DNA of 64,000 bases from an uncultured bacterium (GTDB taxonomy: Bacteria; Patescibacteriota; Minisyncoccia; UBA6257; GWB1-50-10): the NCBI GenBank assembly GCA_963713955.1, contig OY970216.1, positions 72,075 through 136,074 of the forward strand, written 5' to 3'. The first letter of the stretch is position 1; the number at the start of each line of letters is the position of its first letter. A model generated the notes under the pieces. The model was not told the DNA's origin, searched no databases, and worked only from the letters and a program-made list of their open reading frames with translations. Below, in pieces: positions 18,633 through 27,170 of this stretch. The translations under genes and the position numbers were made by a program.

Positions 18633-18743
18633 ATGCCCTCCTACTTCCTCTACGCCCGTAAATCTACCGACATCGAAGACAAGCAAGTCCGCGATTTTCA
18701 CTCCGAGAAAACTTTCCTGGGGGTAAGCTCTATAGTACCTTAG
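18633..18743 (+). pseudogene. Truncated serine recombinase (resolvase N-terminus)
   Basis: MPSYFLYARKSTDIEDKQVR... carries the catalytic YARxST motif, then a stop after 36 aa directly at the tRNA 3' end. Confidence 0.8.
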
Positions 18744-18815
18744 TGCGCCCACGGGGAATCGAACCTCGATTTTATCCTTCGGAGGGATACGCTCTATCCG
18801 TTGAGCTATGGGCGC
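18744..18815 (-). tRNA. tRNA-Arg(CCG), no encoded CCA
   Basis: GCGCCCATAGCTCAACGGATAGAGCG-TATCC CT CCG AA GGATA-AAATCGAGGTTCGATTCCCCGTGGGCGCA folds as a cloverleaf. Confidence 0.95.
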
Positions 18816-20112
18816 TCACACCCATGATGATACCGAGGGTAAGCCAAAACATCAACTCTCCCGACTCCAGGTCCCAAAAGAAATGATCCACGAGGCCGAA
18901 GAGAAGCCACGAGAGACCGATCACGAGCGGGAAGAATAGATCGAGACCGGCCTCGTTTTTCCTTTCACTCCAGAACTCTCTGGCGATGGGCCAGAAAACG
19001 TTCCAGAGAAAAATCACGAACAAAACAAGGCCAATGACACCGGTCTCCGCGGCGACCATGAGGTACAAGTTATGGACGGGCTGCCATTCCCAGTCCTGCT
19101 TTAACCCTTCGCCTTGGTACAGACCGGCGTTCAAACCGGCGATGATCTGGTTTCCCGGCCCCACGCCGAAAACGGGGTTCGCCTTCACGAGGTTGAGTGC
19201 GATAAGCCCGTAATCTATCCGATACGTCACGGATGGCTCGTCCGGCGAGAAGCTGTCTCGCGCCGTCGACAAACGGCCAAACCCCAAAATGACGAAGAGA
19301 ATGAATAAGACGAGAATGCCCACGAGCGACAGTGTCCTCTTTCTTAAAAATCCGGCCGAGATGCCATAAACCGCCGTCGCCACTGCGAAGAACGCGAAAA
19401 CGATGAATCCGGATCTCGAGAACGTGAGAATGAGGGCCGAGAATATCAAAAACATGCCGGCGATGACGGCGAACTTCGTGACTTTGCTCCCAGACATAAA
19501 ATCCTCTCTCAGGAACAAATAGGCAAGCCCCGCAAACCCAAAGACAAGAAAGGCCGCCAGGATGTTCGCGTGCGGCATTGTGCCGTAGACTCTGAGAAAC
19601 GTTCCGAAATCGGTGAAGACCCTTGCGATGCCCGACGTCGCCGGACCGAGAACCGATTCCCCGAGCAACTTGAGTCCAATGCTCCCCTGATTCCTGAACT
19701 GGAGAAGGCCGACGATTGCTTGAAAAACCGCGGAGGCGCCGATGACGGCAAAAACGTTTTTCAGCTTCAGACGCCCCTCCCTCAAAAGCGAGGCGAAGAC
19801 GAGAGAAAATAAACCAAAAAGGACGAGGTGAGCGAAGACGTAAAAAGCGAGGCCAGGGCTGAAAGAAAGAAAAGAAGAGACAAGACTAACGACGAGGAAC
19901 AAGAAGAGAATCGTCGATTGCTTGCCGAGATGTATTTTTTCAAGATTCAGGACGACGGCGAGCGCGAGAAGGATATCAAGAGCATAAATAAAAACGGATC
20001 CGTAGGATATTTGGATGTTGAACGGCAGGGAGAAGGAGTAAATGAATTTCTTGGTGCCGATCGGGACGAGGAACAGGATCAGGAAAAAAAGCAGCTTATT
20101 AAACTTCGACAT
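18772..20112 (-). CDS. O-antigen ligase family membrane protein
   Basis: Multi-TM; RVYGTMPHANILAAFL, LTFSRSG, PVFGVGPG and PVHNLYLMVAAETGVIG. The 3' end overlaps tRNA-Arg. Confidence 0.88.
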   Translation of the reverse strand: MSKFNKLLFFLILFLVPIGTKKFIYSFSLPFNIQISYGSVFIYALDILLALAVVLNLEKIHLGKQSTILFLFLVVSLVSSFLSFSPGLAFYVFAHLVLFGLFSLVFASLLREGRLKLKNVFAVIGASAVFQAIVGLLQFRNQGSIGLKLLGESVLGPATSGIARVFTDFGTFLRVYGTMPHANILAAFLVFGFAGLAYLFLREDFMSGSKVTKFAVIAGMFLIFSALILTFSRSGFIVFAFFAVATAVYGISAGFLRKRTLSLVGILVLFILFVILGFGRLSTARDSFSPDEPSVTYRIDYGLIALNLVKANPVFGVGPGNQIIAGLNAGLYQGEGLKQDWEWQPVHNLYLMVAAETGVIGLVLFVIFLWNVFWPIAREFWSERKNEAGLDLFFPLVIGLSWLLFGLVDHFFWDLESGELMFWLTLGIIMGVSAHSSTDRAYPSEG

Positions 20113-20183
20113 AGGCAAATTTTAAGCTATCAGCCGGGAATCTTCCAGCTTTAAACCACCTCATCAACTAAGAAAACCTACCA

Positions 20184-20270
20184 GAGTGAGGCGCGGTGAG
20201 GCGAAAAAGTGTGCGCTCCGGGGCGCTAGCCCAAGTCTTACCCACTTTTTCGCCTCACCGCGCCTCACTC
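20184..20270. repeat. Dispersed palindromic element, copy 1
   Basis: 28-bp perfect arms GAGTGAGGCGCGGTGAGGCGAAAAAGTG around core TGCGCTCCGGGGCGCTAGCCCAAGTCTTACC. Confidence 0.9.
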
Positions 20271-20283
20271 GACACCCGCAACC

Positions 20284-20553
20284 TCAAACCAAATAAACCC
20301 TGTCCCCGTCCCGCGCCTTGTCTTTTACCTTGATGCCCACCTCTTCGCCAGGTCCGGCCTTCTCGACCGAATCGTGCTCTACCTGCATTGACTGCACGGT
20401 ATCCTCGAAATCGGTGGTCGCCCCCACGATCTTTATCCGGTCGCCGACATGGAGCGTGCCGCTCAACTTTATCGCCGCGACGCCGATGTGGCCGAAATAA
20501 TGGCTTACCACGCCGACCTTCTCGGCTTTTTCCTTGGCATTTTCGCTGGCCAT
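20284..20553 (-). CDS. Small EF-Tu domain II-like beta-barrel protein (U32 peptidase C-terminal-like)
   Basis: VGVVSHYFGHIGVAAIKL, LHVGDRIKI, SMQVEH and EVGIKVKDKARDGDRVY. Confidence 0.85.
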   Translation of the reverse strand: MASENAKEKAEKVGVVSHYFGHIGVAAIKLSGTLHVGDRIKIVGATTDFEDTVQSMQVEHDSVEKAGPGEEVGIKVKDKARDGDRVYLV

Positions 20554-20588
20554 AGTTTTCTTTTCATTCTACGACCTTTCCCCTTAGT

Positions 20589-21227
20589 TTATAAAATTTT
20601 CCCGTGGATGCCGTCCTCCTTTTCTTCAGTCACAATGAGATCTAGGACTTTATCCATAAGATCTGAGGGGTCGCTTGAAAAAACCACGTTCGAGGCTCCT
20701 TTGTGCGCACCCTCCAAGATACCTTTCACCATGTCGGCCGTGCCGCCCGTTCCCTCCAAGACGCCAATCGGTTTCTGATCCTCAAAGGCTATCGTAAACT
20801 CATTCAGGGTCCCCATTCTTCCGCAGATGACTATGACCGCATCGGCTGATCTCGTCAGAAAGAGGTTCCGTCCCGAATAGTCGAAACCGGTGTAGATAAT
20901 GAGATCGTGGTAATCGAGAGGCAGGTGATACGTCTTCACGTGAGCCAGCTTGGAAACGGCTGGCGAGAGGCCGATCACAATCCCCCCGGCTTCCTTCGCC
21001 CCCTTGGCGGCCCAGTAGGGCATGCCGGTCGTGGCTCCCGTCACGAGAATGAGGTCTCGCTTCGCTATTTCCCGACCTATCGCTTCCGCTTTTTCGAACG
21101 AATCTCTCGAGCAGTGGCCGGTCTCGGCGGCTCCCGAGACGCAGATTTTGTACTTCAGGTGGTATGTATGGTTGTGGTTATGGTTGTGAGGTCTCCCCAG
21201 ACCGTTCTTGTCCTTTTTAATGTTCAT
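20589..21227 (-). CDS. LOG/SLOG family nucleotide-binding protein with His-rich N-terminus
   Basis: LVTGATTGMP, GAKEAGG, GRNLFLTRSADAV and GRMGTLNEF; N-terminal HNHNHNHTYH. Confidence 0.85.
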   Translation of the reverse strand: MNIKKDKNGLGRPHNHNHNHTYHLKYKICVSGAAETGHCSRDSFEKAEAIGREIAKRDLILVTGATTGMPYWAAKGAKEAGGIVIGLSPAVSKLAHVKTYHLPLDYHDLIIYTGFDYSGRNLFLTRSADAVIVICGRMGTLNEFTIAFEDQKPIGVLEGTGGTADMVKGILEGAHKGASNVVFSSDPSDLMDKVLDLIVTEEKEDGIHGKIL

Positions 21228-21249
21228 CTTTCAATTATAGCAGCATGGT

Positions 21250-22548
21250 CTATATTTTTGAATTCGCAAAGCGCTCGGCGATGAGTTCTCTCATCACCTC
21301 CCGTTCATTCCAAGGAATCGTTTTCCCTTTCGCCACGTGGATCGACGTTTCACTTCCCTTGCCGGTCGCGACCACAACGTCTCCGGGCTCTGCGTCATAA
21401 AGCGCTTTCCGGAGCGCTGCTCTTCGGTCCAGTATTTTCCAGTAGTTTTTCGAGATTTGGAACTTGTTGTTTGAAGCTTGAGAAAAACCGGCTTCTATCT
21501 CGTCAACAATGGACTCCGGGTTTTCGTCATACGGATCTTCGTCCGCCAGAATCACTTCATCGCAGTATTTCGCCGCAATACCGCCCATGACGCTTCTTTT
21601 CCACTTGTCTCTCCCACCGCCAGCCGAACCTAGAACGCAAATCATTTTGTTTTTCCCGGAACTCAAAAAAGACTTTCTCAAGGAGGAATAAATGTTCTCG
21701 AGGGAATCGGGCGTATGGGCATAATCCACAACCGCGACGAACGGCTCCTTCTCCACGATGTCGAACCTGCCCGAAAGCCCGCCGAACCCGGCGAGCGCGT
21801 CCTTCACGACGCTCTCCGCTATCCCCTCAGACTCCGCAAACTTTGCCGCAGCGGCGGCGTTCAGGATATTAAAGTCGGGTATGAGCCAGTCAGCCACGGC
21901 CTTCCTGCCTTCAATCGTCCGGAGATTCCATCCCCATCTTTCAGCCTTTCCAACGAACTCACGAGCGGTGAAGTAAAAGACTTGCGAGCTCCCATCCCCC
22001 TCAACCACCTTCCTGAAATACTCCCTGTTTTCGTCGACACCGTTTATGAAAAAAAACTTTTTCCTCTTCCGCGACCTCAAGACGTCCTTGAAAAACCTAA
22101 CCTTGGCTTCCCGGTACTTTTCGAACGAACCGTGGGACTCGATGTGCTCGGGGGAAAGGTTGGTGAAAAAAGCTGCGTCCCAATCTATGAACCGGTCACG
22201 CCACTGGACGACACCCTGGGAGGTGACCTCAACCAAGGCGTATTCCGCGCCGGCTTTGACCGCTTTTCTCAAAAATCCCTGTATATGGAGGCGGCCGGGC
22301 ATGGTATTGCCAGTCGGGTTTTTCTCCTCGACTCCGACGATTCTTTCCTTCACGGACGAGAGGAGCGCGGTCTTCTTGCCGGCTTTTTCGAGAACTGCAT
22401 CAATAATCTCAAGGGTGGACGATTTACCCTTGGTACCCGTGACGCCGACGACAAAAAGCTTCCTGCTGGGCCGGAAATAAATCAGATTGCCGAGCCACGC
22501 GAGCAGGAAGTGGTACGGGGGCCTCAAAAAATCCATCACGTTCTTCAT
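21250..22548 (-). CDS. murE: UDP-MurNAc-tripeptide synthetase
   Basis: GVTGTKGKSS, EVTSQG, TNLSPEHIESHG, VDYAHTPDS, GGGRDKWKR, EDPYDE and TGKGSE. Confidence 0.9.
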   Translation of the reverse strand: MKNVMDFLRPPYHFLLAWLGNLIYFRPSRKLFVVGVTGTKGKSSTLEIIDAVLEKAGKKTALLSSVKERIVGVEEKNPTGNTMPGRLHIQGFLRKAVKAGAEYALVEVTSQGVVQWRDRFIDWDAAFFTNLSPEHIESHGSFEKYREAKVRFFKDVLRSRKRKKFFFINGVDENREYFRKVVEGDGSSQVFYFTAREFVGKAERWGWNLRTIEGRKAVADWLIPDFNILNAAAAAKFAESEGIAESVVKDALAGFGGLSGRFDIVEKEPFVAVVDYAHTPDSLENIYSSLRKSFLSSGKNKMICVLGSAGGGRDKWKRSVMGGIAAKYCDEVILADEDPYDENPESIVDEIEAGFSQASNNKFQISKNYWKILDRRAALRKALYDAEPGDVVVATGKGSETSIHVAKGKTIPWNEREVMRELIAERFANSKI

Positions 22549-22557
22549 TTCGTTTCG

Positions 22558-23142
22558 CTATTTCTTGCTCCCGAGCATCCTCAGGGCGCTTTTCAATTTC
22601 TCCTCCAGGGAATCCTCCGGAGCATTCCCGATTTCCGCCAGGACGCTCTTAATCGAATTCCGGTCGTACCCGAGTCCCGCGAGCGCGTCCTCAACCTCGA
22701 CGTTGATCTCGGCCGCGCGATCCAATCCCTTTACCTCCGACAGATTTATCCTATTCTGGAGCTCGAGGATGATCCGCTCCGCCGTCTTCCTGCCGATGCC
22801 CGGCGCCCGAGAGAGAACGTCCGCTTTCTTCCCCACGATCGCAGCCATGACGTTCGGGAAGGAATCGAGATCCAATATCAAAAGTGCCGTCTTCGGGCCC
22901 ACGCCGGAAACCGATATGAGCATCTCGAAAAAATTCAACTCTCCTTCGTTCAAAAACCCGTAAAGCTCCAGTGCATCCTCCTTAACGTGCAGGTGACAGA
23001 AAACCTTCACCACTCCGCTATCTCTGGGGAGTTTGTATATCGTCTGCGTGTTGGAAAAAACTTTGAACCCAATGCCCGAAACCTCAATCACGAAAAAGTT
23101 TTCTTTTTTTTCGGAAACATTTCCGGAAACAGTGTAGATCAT
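22558..23142 (-). CDS. ruvA: Holliday junction DNA-binding subunit RuvA
   Basis: EDALELYGF, LISVSGVGPKTA, PGIGRKTAERIILEL and ALAGLGY. Confidence 0.95.
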   Translation of the reverse strand: MIYTVSGNVSEKKENFFVIEVSGIGFKVFSNTQTIYKLPRDSGVVKVFCHLHVKEDALELYGFLNEGELNFFEMLISVSGVGPKTALLILDLDSFPNVMAAIVGKKADVLSRAPGIGRKTAERIILELQNRINLSEVKGLDRAAEINVEVEDALAGLGYDRNSIKSVLAEIGNAPEDSLEEKLKSALRMLGSKK

Positions 23143-23161
23143 TACCAATCATTATAGTAGA

Positions 23162-23334
23162 TTGACAAGTTATTCTCAAAAATATAGTATTTACGCATCA
23201 TGCCCCGTAGGACAACTTCGAATAGCGTCCTCAACGCCTAAAATTATTCGAAGGTGAGGGGCACATCAAATTCAATCAAGAAACTAAAGGTCTATCACAA
23301 CAATACATAATTCGAAGTTGTACTACAGGGTATG
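23162..23334 (+). promoter_or_regulatory. rpsT promoter and structured leader with a long-range inverted repeat
   Basis: TTGACA-17-TAGTAT; the 25-nt arm at the start of the leader (about 23199-23223) is complementary to 23310-23334, which includes the ATG. Confidence 0.65.
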
Positions 23335-23601
23335 CCAATAACAAGTTCGGCAAAAAAGGCGTTCCGGCAAAGCACGCGGAGAAGGGAATTGAACCTGGAG
23401 AGGAAAAAAAACCTGCGGGCCGCGATAAATTCTTTCCGGAAGCTCGTTGAAGCTGGGAAAACGGAGGAAGCGAAACAGGCGCTCTCAAAAGTTTATCAAG
23501 CAGCCGACAAGATGGCCAAGGTAAAATTCATCAAGAAAGGCAAAGCCGCAAGAATAAAATCCCGCCTTTCAAAGAAACTAAGCTCCCAAAACAAACCCTA
23601 G
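23332..23601 (+). CDS. rpsT: 30S ribosomal protein S20
   Basis: MPITSSAKKAFRQS..DKMAK..IKKGKAARIKSRL. Confidence 0.95.
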   Translation: MPITSSAKKAFRQSTRRRELNLERKKNLRAAINSFRKLVEAGKTEEAKQALSKVYQAADKMAKVKFIKKGKAARIKSRLSKKLSSQNKP

Positions 23602-24387
23602 GAGCGCCTCCGGGAAGTCCAACTTCCCGCTTTTTATCGATATGTCGAGATCGGCGAGCTTCAAAAGGCTCGAGCCAGTTGCCGAAAAAGCCAGCGAATT
23701 GAATATATACGAGGGATCCGCGCCCTCCATGAAAAGCTTTTCCAGAGCGGCGACTTTCTCGGCGGCTCTTTCGGCGCCGAGGATCCGGCGGGTCATAAGC
23801 CACACCTCGTCGAATTCCGGGAAAGAGGATGCCGCAGATAGATCTTGGACCGAAAGGACACTCTTCCCGAGGAAGCCGAACTTCTCGATTTCGTTCACGG
23901 CGATCCAGCTCCTTCCTTCCTTTTGATTCTCCAGGAACGAAACGAAGAATTTCAGCGCCTCCGGGGAAAAAGAAAAGTTTCTCGCCTTTGCTTCATCAAC
24001 GATAAACGAGGCAAGTTCCCGGCCGGCGAGCTCCTTGAACTCGTCGGAAACGGCGGATTTCTTCAAAAGAAAATCGAAAGCTTTGACCGGTTTCTTCTCA
24101 TCCAAACCGAAAATGAAAACCGAATCGTCGGCAACTTTGTCTTTCAGGAATTTTGTCCATTCCTTCTCGCCGGATTCGGTCACGTTCCTCACGACGGCAA
24201 CTTTCGTACCTCCGAAGATCGACTGTTGGTTTATAAAATCTTTCACGTCACGCCAGGCATCCGGATTTTCTTCCAAGTCAACCTCAATTTCCTCGGTGGA
24301 TGAAACACGGTTCCTCAGCGCCGAAAAAAGCTCCGCAAGCCTGCGTTTTCTCCTCAACGAATCGGGGCCGTAGAGATAGTAAATCAT
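23578..24387 (-). CDS. holA: DNA polymerase III delta subunit
   Basis: MIYYLYGPD, QSIFGGTKV, NEIEK and DISIKSG; convergent with rpsT as is typical. Confidence 0.8.
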   Translation of the reverse strand: MIYYLYGPDSLRRKRRLAELFSALRNRVSSTEEIEVDLEENPDAWRDVKDFINQQSIFGGTKVAVVRNVTESGEKEWTKFLKDKVADDSVFIFGLDEKKPVKAFDFLLKKSAVSDEFKELAGRELASFIVDEAKARNFSFSPEALKFFVSFLENQKEGRSWIAVNEIEKFGFLGKSVLSVQDLSAASSFPEFDEVWLMTRRILGAERAAEKVAALEKLFMEGADPSYIFNSLAFSATGSSLLKLADLDISIKSGKLDFPEALLGFVLGA

Positions 24388-24484
24388 GAAACGCTTTCCT
24401 TATTATTCTATTCTTCCCACCAAATCGCTGCAATATAAAAAGGCGAAAGGCGGATCGTGTATCCGTACACGTCCGCCTTAAAAC

Positions 24485-25054
24485 TTATTTCCCCAAATTG
24501 AGGATGGAAGCAGTCCCTCGGGTGATGGGGCCCATTCGCTGCGGCTGAGAGAATCCTCCATTGTAGCTGGTGGCATTTATTGCTTCAGTCAGCCCCGGCA
24601 GATCACGCACATCCCAATGATCGCTCTCGCCCCACCCCGGAGCATTGGAGAATGTAAATTGTCGACTTTCCCCATACCACCTACCATTGAAGTAGGTGCT
24701 AAGGGTTACAGTCACGTTACTCCCGTAAGCAAGGGGATTGCTTACGCAAAGATAGTATCCAGGAAAACCGTTCGGTATCATACCAATCAGTTCGGGACCG
24801 AAAAATCCATCTTGGGTCACGAAGACTGGAAGATTAAACGGCAAATAGTCGACCACCCTTATCCCACTCCCTGTCGCGGGGATGTTGGCCCGGATCGTGA
24901 TTCCGGGACCACTCGGAGTCAGCCAGCATTCGCTTTGCGCTCCGCACCCCCCGAGAACAAGAGCTACAACGATAAGGAAGGTGGCGATGATAACTGCCAC
25001 AATCGTTTTCTTCGCAACCCACACCCCGGGATTGCTAATCTTCTTCGTTTCCAT
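24485..25054 (-). CDS. Putative lipoprotein (orphan)
   Basis: SD AAGGAGGT before METKK; hydrophobic stretch ending in lipobox LGGC; own promoter TTGACG-17-TATAAT (25167-25139). Confidence 0.7.
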   Translation of the reverse strand: METKKISNPGVWVAKKTIVAVIIATFLIVVALVLGGCGAQSECWLTPSGPGITIRANIPATGSGIRVVDYLPFNLPVFVTQDGFFGPELIGMIPNGFPGYYLCVSNPLAYGSNVTVTLSTYFNGRWYGESRQFTFSNAPGWGESDHWDVRDLPGLTEAINATSYNGGFSQPQRMGPITRGTASILNLGK

Positions 25055-25190
25055 CTTACTTAACCTCCTTGCCGATCTGTAAAAGGTCGGCTTTTCGTTA
25101 TCTGAAATTTTTATCTTTTTCAAATTCTCACTGATAAAATTATACATCTTTCCCGCAAAAACGTCAACTGTTACTTCTCCAAATGCCCTT

Positions 25191-25218
25191 GATTACTTGT
25201 TACTGGTTACTAGTTACT
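25191..25218. repeat. Heptamer tandem repeat (4 x nnTTACT)
   Basis: GATTACT TGTTACT GGTTACT AGTTACT just upstream of the -10 box of the pilB-like gene. Confidence 0.7.
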
Positions 25219-25233
25219 TGTATAATTTATGTA

Positions 25234-26904
25234 ATGCTCCAATCGGAAAAAGAAATAGATGAGGAACTCCAAAAGCAGAGGCGAAATGCCGAGGAGGCGG
25301 ATGCGAAGAGGCGCGCCGAGAAAAACGGCCTCCCCTACCTCAATTTAATTTCAGCCAAGGTGCCGACCGAGATAAAGGCGATGTCGCTCGTTTCAGAAGC
25401 GGAGGCGCAGAAGGCGCTCCTCGCCCCGTTCCAGATATTGGGAAGGAAAGTGAGGGTTGCCGTTTTTGACCCGAACCTCGAAGAAACCGCCGAGATCGTG
25501 AAAAAACTCGGGGAAAGCCACGAAGTACTCCTCAACGTCTCCTCAATGACGAGCCTCAACCACGCCTGGGGATATTACAAATATGTGGTTCCCGAAAAGG
25601 AGATCAGCGGGCGCGTCGAGATAAACGAAAAGACCTTGAATGAACTCAAGGATAAAGTGAAAAGTCTGGATGATTTGAAAAATCTCCTCGCCGGCTTTTC
25701 GAGCCCCTATCTCTCGCAGATGCTCGAGATTATCCTCTCGGGAGCTCTGGCCCTCGGCGCTTCCGACATACACCTCGAACCAGCGGAAGAAAACGGCATC
25801 CTGCGGCTCCGCATCGACGGTCTTCTCCATACCGCCTACGAAAAGTTCAATCCTTTCATGTACAAGTCGATCGTGACGAGAATCAAGCTCCTATCCAATC
25901 TCAAAATCAACATCGTGAACGAAGCCCAGGACGGCCGGTTCACCATCAGCCTTACCGACCGGGACATAGAAATACGAACATCAATCATACCGTCGGACTA
26001 CGGTGAAACCGTCGTCCTCCGACTTCTCGATCCGACATCTCTCAAGGTCAATCTCGAAGAGCTGGGGTGGCGGAAGGACGACCTCGCGATCATGGAAGAG
26101 GAAATAAAAAGACCCAACGGCCTCATCCTGAATACCGGGCCGACCGGATCCGGCAAAACGACGACGCTCTACGCATCCCTAAGGAAAGTTTTCAATCCGG
26201 AGATGAAAATCATAACGGTTGAAGACCCCATCGAATACCATCTACCGGGCATTTCCCAAACACAAATAAACCCCGAAGCCGGCTACACGTTCGCCTCGGG
26301 CCTCCGATCGATATTGCGGCAAGACCCCAATATCATCCTTGTTGGGGAAATAAGGGACAAGGAGACGGCCGAGATAGCCCTGAATGCATCCCTGACGGGG
26401 CACCTTGTTTTCTCAACTCTTCACACAAACGACGCCGTGGGCGCAATCCCCCGCCTCATCGATCTCGGGGTGCCGGTGAACGTACTCGGACCCGCACTCA
26501 GCCTCATCATAGCTCAGAGGCTCACGAGGCTTCTCTGCCCGGTCTGCAAAAAGCCGGTCACCGTGGAGGAATCACTCAAACAGAACATCACGAGATTCTT
26601 AAACGGCCTCCCGGCAAGGGTCAACAAGAAGGATTACTCAAACTACAAAATATACGAAGCGAAAGGCTGTGATGCCTGCGGCCACCTGGGATACAAGGGC
26701 AGGACTTCAATCTTCGAACTCTTCGTCACCGACGAGAAGGTGGAGGAGACCATTTACAAAAATCCGACGGAGATAGAACTTAAGGATCTTGCCGAGAAAC
26801 AAGGAATGGTCACGATGCAAGAAGATGGGGTATTAAAAGTCTTGAGGGGTGAAACCAGCTTCGCTGAAGTGGAACGGCTTACGGGGCCGATCATCTGGAA
26901 ATAA
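25234..26904 (+). CDS. GspE/PilB type IV pilus assembly ATPase
   Basis: ASDIHLEP, QDGRF, GPTGSGKTTTLY, TVEDPIEY, LRQDPNIILVGEIRD, TGHLVFSTLHTN and a tetracysteine motif. Start at MLQSEK. Confidence 0.93.
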   Translation: MLQSEKEIDEELQKQRRNAEEADAKRRAEKNGLPYLNLISAKVPTEIKAMSLVSEAEAQKALLAPFQILGRKVRVAVFDPNLEETAEIVKKLGESHEVLLNVSSMTSLNHAWGYYKYVVPEKEISGRVEINEKTLNELKDKVKSLDDLKNLLAGFSSPYLSQMLEIILSGALALGASDIHLEPAEENGILRLRIDGLLHTAYEKFNPFMYKSIVTRIKLLSNLKINIVNEAQDGRFTISLTDRDIEIRTSIIPSDYGETVVLRLLDPTSLKVNLEELGWRKDDLAIMEEEIKRPNGLILNTGPTGSGKTTTLYASLRKVFNPEMKIITVEDPIEYHLPGISQTQINPEAGYTFASGLRSILRQDPNIILVGEIRDKETAEIALNASLTGHLVFSTLHTNDAVGAIPRLIDLGVPVNVLGPALSLIIAQRLTRLLCPVCKKPVTVEESLKQNITRFLNGLPARVNKKDYSNYKIYEAKGCDACGHLGYKGRTSIFELFVTDEKVEETIYKNPTEIELKDLAEKQGMVTMQEDGVLKVLRGETSFAEVERLTGPIIWK

Positions 26905-26908
26905 TAAA

Positions 26909-26928
26909 TCCGCGCTTTGGGGCGCGGA
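26909..26928. terminator. Hairpin between pilB-like gene and the antisense ncRNA
   Basis: TCCGCGC-TTTGGG-GCGCGGA, followed by a T-rich run on the minus strand. Confidence 0.65.
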
Positions 26929-26930
26929 GT

Positions 26931-27072
26931 CATGTCTTTGACCGGAGGTCTGTGGGCATAACGCCGCAAGGAGAGGCTTTATGTAAGATTTTCCCGAGGA
27001 GAAGCCCAGCCGAAACCAAGCAATCCGAAATCTGAGGTAAATCTCCTGCCCACAGGCCCCCAACCAAACACG
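26931..27072 (-). ncRNA. Candidate 6S-like RNA
   Basis: Minus-strand TTGACA (27107-27102)-17-TAGCAT with extended TG; long closing stem, central asymmetric bubble and apical stem; terminator downstream; no credible ORF. Confidence 0.6.
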
Positions 27073-27170
27073 GGAGTAATGCTAGCACAAACGCATTTAA
27101 ATGTCAACCCCGCCGGGGACCACATCCGCAAGCTTGCGAAAACCCACAAAAATCCTATATTAGGAAGGTA

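Noticed and set aside
21165-21192. His-Asn repeat at the N-terminus of the LOG protein as a phase-variable or metal-binding module
   Set aside because: It is a short, imperfect, in-frame hexamer repeat with no further support.
25183-25233. N-terminal MPLITCYWLLVTC extension of the PilB-like ORF
   Set aside because: It is the heptamer repeat plus the -10 box; the start at 25234 fits better.
26931-27072. SRP (4.5S) RNA or RNase P RNA identity for the ncRNA
   Set aside because: There is no SRP helix-8 GGAA/AGCAG motif, it is too short for RNase P RNA, and no P4 motif is present.
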